Origin: a virus
DNA length: 64,000 nucleotides
Strand: one strand, 5' to 3'
Virus record (IMG/VR): IMGVR_UViG_3300031673_000004
Span: 1-64,000 of that record
Shown here: positions 56,899-64,000 of the stretch, piece by piece
How the letters are laid out: each line of letters begins with the position of its first letter
How positions within the stretch are numbered: the first letter of the stretch is position 1
The notes under the pieces: model-generated
Database searches by the model: none
What the model was told of the DNA's origin: nothing
Seen by the model: the letters and a program-made list of their open reading frames with translations, nothing else
Translations under genes and position numbers: made by a program

Positions 56899-58368
56899 AT
56901 GGATGTACAAATCGAAGTAGGTCCAGTGCGGCTTAAAGTCACAACACGGCTACCCCTTGAGGACACACGATTGCTGCGTAAGCACCTTACATATACAGTA
57001 AATAATTATCAGTATACTACCCAGTATAAACTTTATGGTTGGGATGGCAGAAAAACACTAATATATAAAGATCAAACTGCACCTGCAGGGTGTCTTTACA
57101 GAATACGTACTTTCCTAGAGGAAAAACTGCACTATAATGTAGAAGTTATTTATAAGAATAATTACGAACCTTGCGGAACTAGCGATATTTATGGGTTCAA
57201 ATTAGAAACATTTCAAAAACAAGCTGTCAAACGGATTCTGAAATACCGCCGTGGAATAATAAGTGCTCCAGTCAGATCGGGAAAGACTGCAATTGCAGCA
57301 GCAGCAATTAAAAATATTGGACATTATTCTGCTTGGGTAGTTACATACGGAAAAGATTTAGTGCGTCAAACAAAAAAAGATTTAGAATACCATTTACAAA
57401 TACCAGTCGGGATATTCTCTGAAGGTGTATACGTGCAGGGTAAAGTAATGGTAACAAGCTATCAAGCAATTACCCGTGCGCTTTCCGCAGTAAAAGGCAA
57501 AGAAGAGAACGTAACATTAAAGGAAGAAACTCAGCAAAGAAATCTAGCATTATTAAGATTGGTTCGTAATGTAAAGGTTGTTATATTTGATGAATGTCAT
57601 CATGCACTTGCCCCAAAAAATAATATCTTATTAAATGAATTACTCTCTGCGGGTTATGTTATCGGATTGTCAGGAACACCCAAGCCAGACAATACACATT
57701 ATCTGGAACTAGAAGCAGCAATTGGTGCTATCATTTTTAAGGTGCAATACAAAACACTAATTAACCATGGACGGATTGCTCGGCCTATGATTGTCCTGTA
57801 TCAACTTCCATATCGATGGTACACTACTGGACTTAAAGAGTTTCCAGACATTTATGCTACCAATATAGTACAGAACATGTATAGGAATAAATTTATTGCT
57901 GACATAGTTAAAAACTTGTACAAATCAAATAAGACTGCGTTTGTAATGATAAGGAACTTACTTCATGGCCCAATCTTACGGGCACTCATCCCTGGAAGTG
58001 TCTTTGTTAAGGGAAAAATTTCTAGTGAAATTAGAGAAGGATTATACAAAGCCCTTAATGATAAAACAATTCAATGTATTATTGCTACTGTCGGAAAGGA
58101 AGGCTTGAACATCCGTGGACTGGATGCAATGATAAACGCAGAAGGATACAAGTCCTCGGTTACGACGATGCAAAAACTAAGGTCACTTACAGCAACCAAG
58201 GATAAAAAATATGGCATTATTGTAGACTTTATGGATCGAGGTAAATTTTTGAGTGCTCATAGCAAGCGGCGTGCAGCATTGTATAAACGAATGGGAGCTA
58301 TAAAATTAAAAGTAAAACAGGTTCCGGTTGATCTTTATAAAGAGGAGTCTCCTTCATGGACACAGTAA
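56899..58368 (+). CDS. Superfamily 2 helicase (UvsW/ResIII-like)
   Basis: PVRSGKT, FDECHH, GLSGTP, EGLNI. Confidence 0.9.
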   Translation: MDVQIEVGPVRLKVTTRLPLEDTRLLRKHLTYTVNNYQYTTQYKLYGWDGRKTLIYKDQTAPAGCLYRIRTFLEEKLHYNVEVIYKNNYEPCGTSDIYGFKLETFQKQAVKRILKYRRGIISAPVRSGKTAIAAAAIKNIGHYSAWVVTYGKDLVRQTKKDLEYHLQIPVGIFSEGVYVQGKVMVTSYQAITRALSAVKGKEENVTLKEETQQRNLALLRLVRNVKVVIFDECHHALAPKNNILLNELLSAGYVIGLSGTPKPDNTHYLELEAAIGAIIFKVQYKTLINHGRIARPMIVLYQLPYRWYTTGLKEFPDIYATNIVQNMYRNKFIADIVKNLYKSNKTAFVMIRNLLHGPILRALIPGSVFVKGKISSEIREGLYKALNDKTIQCIIATVGKEGLNIRGLDAMINAEGYKSSVTTMQKLRSLTATKDKKYGIIVDFMDRGKFLSAHSKRRAALYKRMGAIKLKVKQVPVDLYKEESPSWTQ

Positions 58369-58889
58369 GCGTAGAAGATCTAATGATTAATAGTGCACTG
58401 GCTGGGAAAGCACAAAGAGATCCAGTGGAAAGAAGCATTATCAAAAAGTTAATACGATTGAAGCATCAAAATAAGCGTTTGCGGGATCACATTGAAAAGA
58501 CAGGTGCATGGGCACATTTAAAAGAAGTAGTTCTTTGGAAGCCGTTTGATTTTTACCACTATTTTTGTACTAAGTATCATGAAAAATACCGTAGTGAGTA
58601 TCGCCAAGTAGGCAATATTGTACGAGCGTACCAAAGGATAGATTCATTTCAACTAGGTAATCATATTGACAAGAAGGAATATAAACAGTTCATCGACCGC
58701 GCTTTTGAGAGATACTTTACAAACATTAGTAAACCGACAATCGCACACATTTGTACGCCTACTTTGTATAATTACTTAATGAAGGAAGATGCCCAGTTTG
58801 CAACACCAGCAGATTATCATAGACTGGATCAAGTGCTAGCAGAAGAGAATGAAAAGTTCGAGAGCTATGTGCAGCAGTTTGATAGCTAA
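58356..58889 (+). CDS. Hypothetical protein (possible replication initiator or accessory factor)
   Basis: 177 aa ORF with GAGGAG RBS just upstream of the loader ATPase; function is by position only. Confidence 0.55.
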   Translation: MDTVSVEDLMINSALAGKAQRDPVERSIIKKLIRLKHQNKRLRDHIEKTGAWAHLKEVVLWKPFDFYHYFCTKYHEKYRSEYRQVGNIVRAYQRIDSFQLGNHIDKKEYKQFIDRAFERYFTNISKPTIAHICTPTLYNYLMKEDAQFATPADYHRLDQVLAEENEKFESYVQQFDS

Positions 58890-58896
58890 GGTAACT

Positions 58897-59637
58897 ATGT
58901 ATCAAATAGATCAAAAAGAGTTTAACCGACTACAGAGAATACGAGAAAATTGTCCTGTTTGTGGGGGATTGGGCTATTCTGAAACACGGAAATTAGATGG
59001 TAAGATTAATCTGACAGATTGTATCTGTGTTCAGAATATAAGCTACGAATTAAAAATGATAGAGGCAAATATTCCAACACAATATAGACATTGGACATTC
59101 AAACAGTTAGATAAAAAAATAATTAAGGACAATAAAAAATCAATTGAAAAAATAAAGGACTATATTGAAAATCTCAAGGACAATATAATTAACGGGAAAG
59201 GGTTGTGGTTTCATGCTCCCCCCGGATTGGCCAAGAGTTCGCTGATATGTAATATCTTGAGGAAAGCAATAGATAGAGGATTCAAGCCCTACTTTGGGAG
59301 GGCATCACATTTTATTTCATTAAAATTTCAAATTGCAAGAAATGATCCTGATGCTAAGGCCCTCTTACAGCATATTTTCAATTCAGTAGATATATTAGCA
59401 ATAGAGGAATTAGATAAGGTATATTTGACTACTAAGCCGAATTCCTTCGGACGAGAACTTTTTTATGAACTATTATCAGATTTGTATGATGCTAGAATAG
59501 CATTGTTGGTAAGTTCAAACGTTATACGGAATGAATGTGAACCAAAATTTCCAACGTTCATTCGAGATAGATTCCGGTATCTAGAAGATATTCCGATATT
59601 TGGTGAATCAGGACGGAAAAATTTGAAGAAAAAATAA
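58897..59637 (+). CDS. DnaC/IstB-like helicase loader ATPase
   Basis: CPVC...CIC, degenerate Walker A APPGLAKS, Walker B LAIEEL, VSSN. Confidence 0.8.
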   Translation: MYQIDQKEFNRLQRIRENCPVCGGLGYSETRKLDGKINLTDCICVQNISYELKMIEANIPTQYRHWTFKQLDKKIIKDNKKSIEKIKDYIENLKDNIINGKGLWFHAPPGLAKSSLICNILRKAIDRGFKPYFGRASHFISLKFQIARNDPDAKALLQHIFNSVDILAIEELDKVYLTTKPNSFGRELFYELLSDLYDARIALLVSSNVIRNECEPKFPTFIRDRFRYLEDIPIFGESGRKNLKKK

Positions 59638-61044
59638 ATGCCAAGTCTCAGTTCAAAAGCTAATGAGCGCAGGCTTCTTGCGCTCCTCCTACAGTCCCCC
59701 ACGCATATGCGGGCAATCCGCCTGAATTTAGATATTTTTGTGAATCCGAAATATAGAAAAGCTGCTGAACTTATAAAAAAATATGTAAAGAGATACAAGT
59801 CTCCACCAAGTAAAAATGCACTTAAAAGATTTTCAAGTAAAGTAGTAAAACCAAGCATAAAAGAGGCAGAAGACATTGTAGATGCGTTAAATGTACTAGA
59901 TAAACTTCCAAAAGTTGTTCAGACCGATGCTGAATTCGAGTTTGAGCAAGCAGAAAATTACAGAACTGGCCGAGTGCTACTCGATGTAGTGGAGCATATT
60001 AAAAATAAATTTGAAGAAGGTGACACGGACTACATAGATATGCGTAAAAAAATGATTTCTGAATTATTAGCATTTGGAAATGGTAACGACGCAATCGTTC
60101 GTGGAAAGATATATGACAGGATAAAAGAAAGATTTGAAGAATATGAATCTGCTGAACGGGGAGATGTAGGTAGTATTATTCCTTTTGGGATTAAACCTTT
60201 TGATGATAATTTAGGTGGTATGCACAAATCTTTTGTAACATTAATCTATTCTAAGACTGGGGGTGGAAAAACCCGCACAGCCGTAAATGTGGCATACAAT
60301 GCAGCAATAGCTGGGTATAATGTAATGTATTTTTCGTTAGAAATGGCATTTAACTTACTGGCCAGTTGCTTTGATTCAAGAATGGCCTGGGTAGACGGAG
60401 ATAAAATAATATTTGGAAAACTAGACAAAATAAATAAACGAAGATATGCACATGCCCTGAAAAAACAATTGAAGGAAAAATTAAACGTGTGGATAGTTGA
60501 TATTGCAATGGGGGCATCATCTTCTATGATTTTAGAAGAGATCGAAGTATATCGTGCCGCAAATGGGGTAAACCCAGATTTAGTCGTTATTGACTACGCT
60601 AATCTTATGGAACCGATGAAGCGGTACAATGGGAGGTCTGAAAAATACGATTTTCTTTTCAAGGAGTATCATGAGATAGCAAAATATTGTAACGTAGCAA
60701 TCCTTACTGCTACACAAGAAAGTAGGGATGCATCTAAAGCAGACATCGATGCTAAGTATAAGAAACAGGAAGTGGAACAAGGCGTCCATAATATCGGGCT
60801 GTCTAATTTTATGGCCCCGCACTGCGAAAGTGTGGTTAGACTAAAACAGGACAGTAAAGATTTACTACAAAATAGGCTGTGGTCAATTATTGATAAAAAT
60901 AGATATGGAACACACGGGAAAGAAATTCCATTAATGGCTATATGGGAAAAGAATTACGTTGGGGATAGAGTAATTACCGGGATGAAAGTCTATAAGCTCA
61001 AAAAGCGCTACTCGTACCAAGATAGTAAGGAAGATGCTGCTTGA
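59638..61044 (+). CDS. dnaB: Replicative DnaB-like helicase
   Basis: SKTGGGKT, YFSLEM, VVIDYANL, TATQ, KNRYG. Confidence 0.9.
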   Translation: MPSLSSKANERRLLALLLQSPTHMRAIRLNLDIFVNPKYRKAAELIKKYVKRYKSPPSKNALKRFSSKVVKPSIKEAEDIVDALNVLDKLPKVVQTDAEFEFEQAENYRTGRVLLDVVEHIKNKFEEGDTDYIDMRKKMISELLAFGNGNDAIVRGKIYDRIKERFEEYESAERGDVGSIIPFGIKPFDDNLGGMHKSFVTLIYSKTGGGKTRTAVNVAYNAAIAGYNVMYFSLEMAFNLLASCFDSRMAWVDGDKIIFGKLDKINKRRYAHALKKQLKEKLNVWIVDIAMGASSSMILEEIEVYRAANGVNPDLVVIDYANLMEPMKRYNGRSEKYDFLFKEYHEIAKYCNVAILTATQESRDASKADIDAKYKKQEVEQGVHNIGLSNFMAPHCESVVRLKQDSKDLLQNRLWSIIDKNRYGTHGKEIPLMAIWEKNYVGDRVITGMKVYKLKKRYSYQDSKEDAA

Positions 61045-61508
61045 ACATTGAATCCTTCTACAGAGAAGCTGGAATAGTCCTAGAGCCATTCGGGGGACGT
61101 TGGCGTGCACGGTGCCCCTTTCACAATGAGAAAACCCCTTCATTTGTTGTTTATGAGGATGCAAGTTACCATTGCTTTGGCTGCAGAGCACATGGTACCG
61201 CTAAAGATATTCAAGAAAGATTCAATGTAGATTATCGACCTTTTCCAGATTTGTGTGCAACTAAAGATCCAATAATAACTAATTTTATTCAATTTAAATC
61301 AAAGATGGACGACGAATTAAATTTACTTGTAATTGACTTGGATAATGATATAAGATTCAAGGCTTATGACATGTTTGATGCACTCATGATCGATACAAAA
61401 GCATTAACAGATTGTCTTGAAATAAGCTTGTTGGATTTAATTGCCTTTACAAAAAGAGGGTTTACAGACATCGAAAAAATAGTAGCCGAAAATCACTGCA
61501 GACAGTAA
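61041..61508 (+). CDS. CHC2 zinc-finger protein (primase N-terminal domain)
   Basis: CPFHNEKTPSF...YHCFGC; no TOPRIM domain in this ORF. Confidence 0.85.
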   Translation: MNIESFYREAGIVLEPFGGRWRARCPFHNEKTPSFVVYEDASYHCFGCRAHGTAKDIQERFNVDYRPFPDLCATKDPIITNFIQFKSKMDDELNLLVIDLDNDIRFKAYDMFDALMIDTKALTDCLEISLLDLIAFTKRGFTDIEKIVAENHCRQ

Positions 61509-61516
61509 CTTTTAAC

Positions 61517-61544
61517 TTGACTTTTTGGAGTTTATGCCTATGAT
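61517..61544 (+). promoter_or_regulatory. Sigma70-type promoter
   Basis: TTGACT-N16-TATGAT. Confidence 0.55.
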
Positions 61545-61584
61545 GCACAGGTGCCTCATACATCCCCAAAAAAGGAAAACTTCA

Positions 61585-63300
<1,716 letters not shown>

Positions 63301-63365
63301 CTGCTTCCCTAGTATTATATCTGTAGCACTAATTATTATAAATTCTGTATTTGTTAGGAACGTCT

Positions 63366-64000
63366 ATGGGTGACCCCCGTAAGCACTGCTCTATAAAATG
63401 TCCACGATTAAATTTAGACATTGGATCTCCTCGACTTAGGGGTAAAGGATCACGCAAAGCAAAAATACTACTTGTGGGGGAAGCCCCTGGACAATCTGAA
63501 GATATAGATGGAACTCCATTTGTAGGGAGTTCCGGGGAGCTATTAGACGATGTTCTCACAGAATTAGATATTAATCGTAAAGATATTTACATCACTAATG
63601 CTGTAAAATGTGCCACACCAGTTGAAAATAAAAAACCAGGAAAAAAAGAAATTACAGCATGTAGGAGGTATCTCCTAAAGGAAATAGAAGTAATAAAGCC
63701 TAACGTGATAGGTTGCTTGGGAGCGATTGCTCTCGAAGCAGTGCTTAAACGCAAAGGAATAACTAAACTACAAAATAACGTGTTTCAAAGTGAGGAGCTA
63801 CAAACAAAGGTAGTTCCTGTTCTGCATCCAGCGTACATCCTGCGCAATCCTGGAGAGTACGACAACCTGTTAAAAGGGATGCTGCTCATTAAACAGGAAT
63901 CTAGAGCAAGAGAAAGAGTAGTATTAGCTAAAACAAAAACAAAATGGATAGACGCAGATACTCCAAAAAAAATAGATAAAGTACTTGAGCAATTAGAAAA
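63366..64000 (+). CDS. Family-4 uracil-DNA glycosylase domain, partial; the ORF continues (possibly fused to a DNA polymerase)
   Basis: Not in the ORF track. Manual translation LLVGEAPGQSED..GTPFVGSSG...YITNAVKC...VLHPAYILRNP; frame stays open to the window end. Confidence 0.85.
   Translation, partial: MGDPRKHCSIKCPRLNLDIGSPRLRGKGSRKAKILLVGEAPGQSEDIDGTPFVGSSGELLDDVLTELDINRKDIYITNAVKCATPVENKKPGKKEITACRRYLLKEIEVIKPNVIGCLGAIALEAVLKRKGITKLQNNVFQSEELQTKVVPVLHPAYILRNPGEYDNLLKGMLLIKQESRARERVVLAKTKTKWIDADTPKKIDKVLEQLE

Overview
This window is part of a large tailed dsDNA phage genome, probably a myovirus, and it reads through in the standard genetic code. The left arm (1-29.1 kb, minus strand) holds the virion, packaging and lysis genes: tail sheath, neck proteins, major capsid, scaffold, prohead protease, portal, large terminase, an intein-split amidase, and holin/spanin-like genes. 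Many of these follow one recurring two-part promoter motif. A 0.8 kb repeat- and palindrome-rich non-coding region marks the strand switch. The right arm (plus strand) opens with an IsrB/omegaRNA element inserted between an RBS and its ATG. About 26 kb of glycosylation genes follow (about 14 glycosyltransferases, 5 methyltransferases, and RmlB-, DegT- and WecB-like enzymes, with no export or membrane machinery), interspersed with thyX, ruvC and homing endonucleases. The arm ends with replication and transcription genes: SF2 helicase, DnaC-like loader, DnaB, primase zinc finger, a sigma-like/poly-Glu protein and a UDG. All calls come from recognising motifs by eye; no database searches were run.
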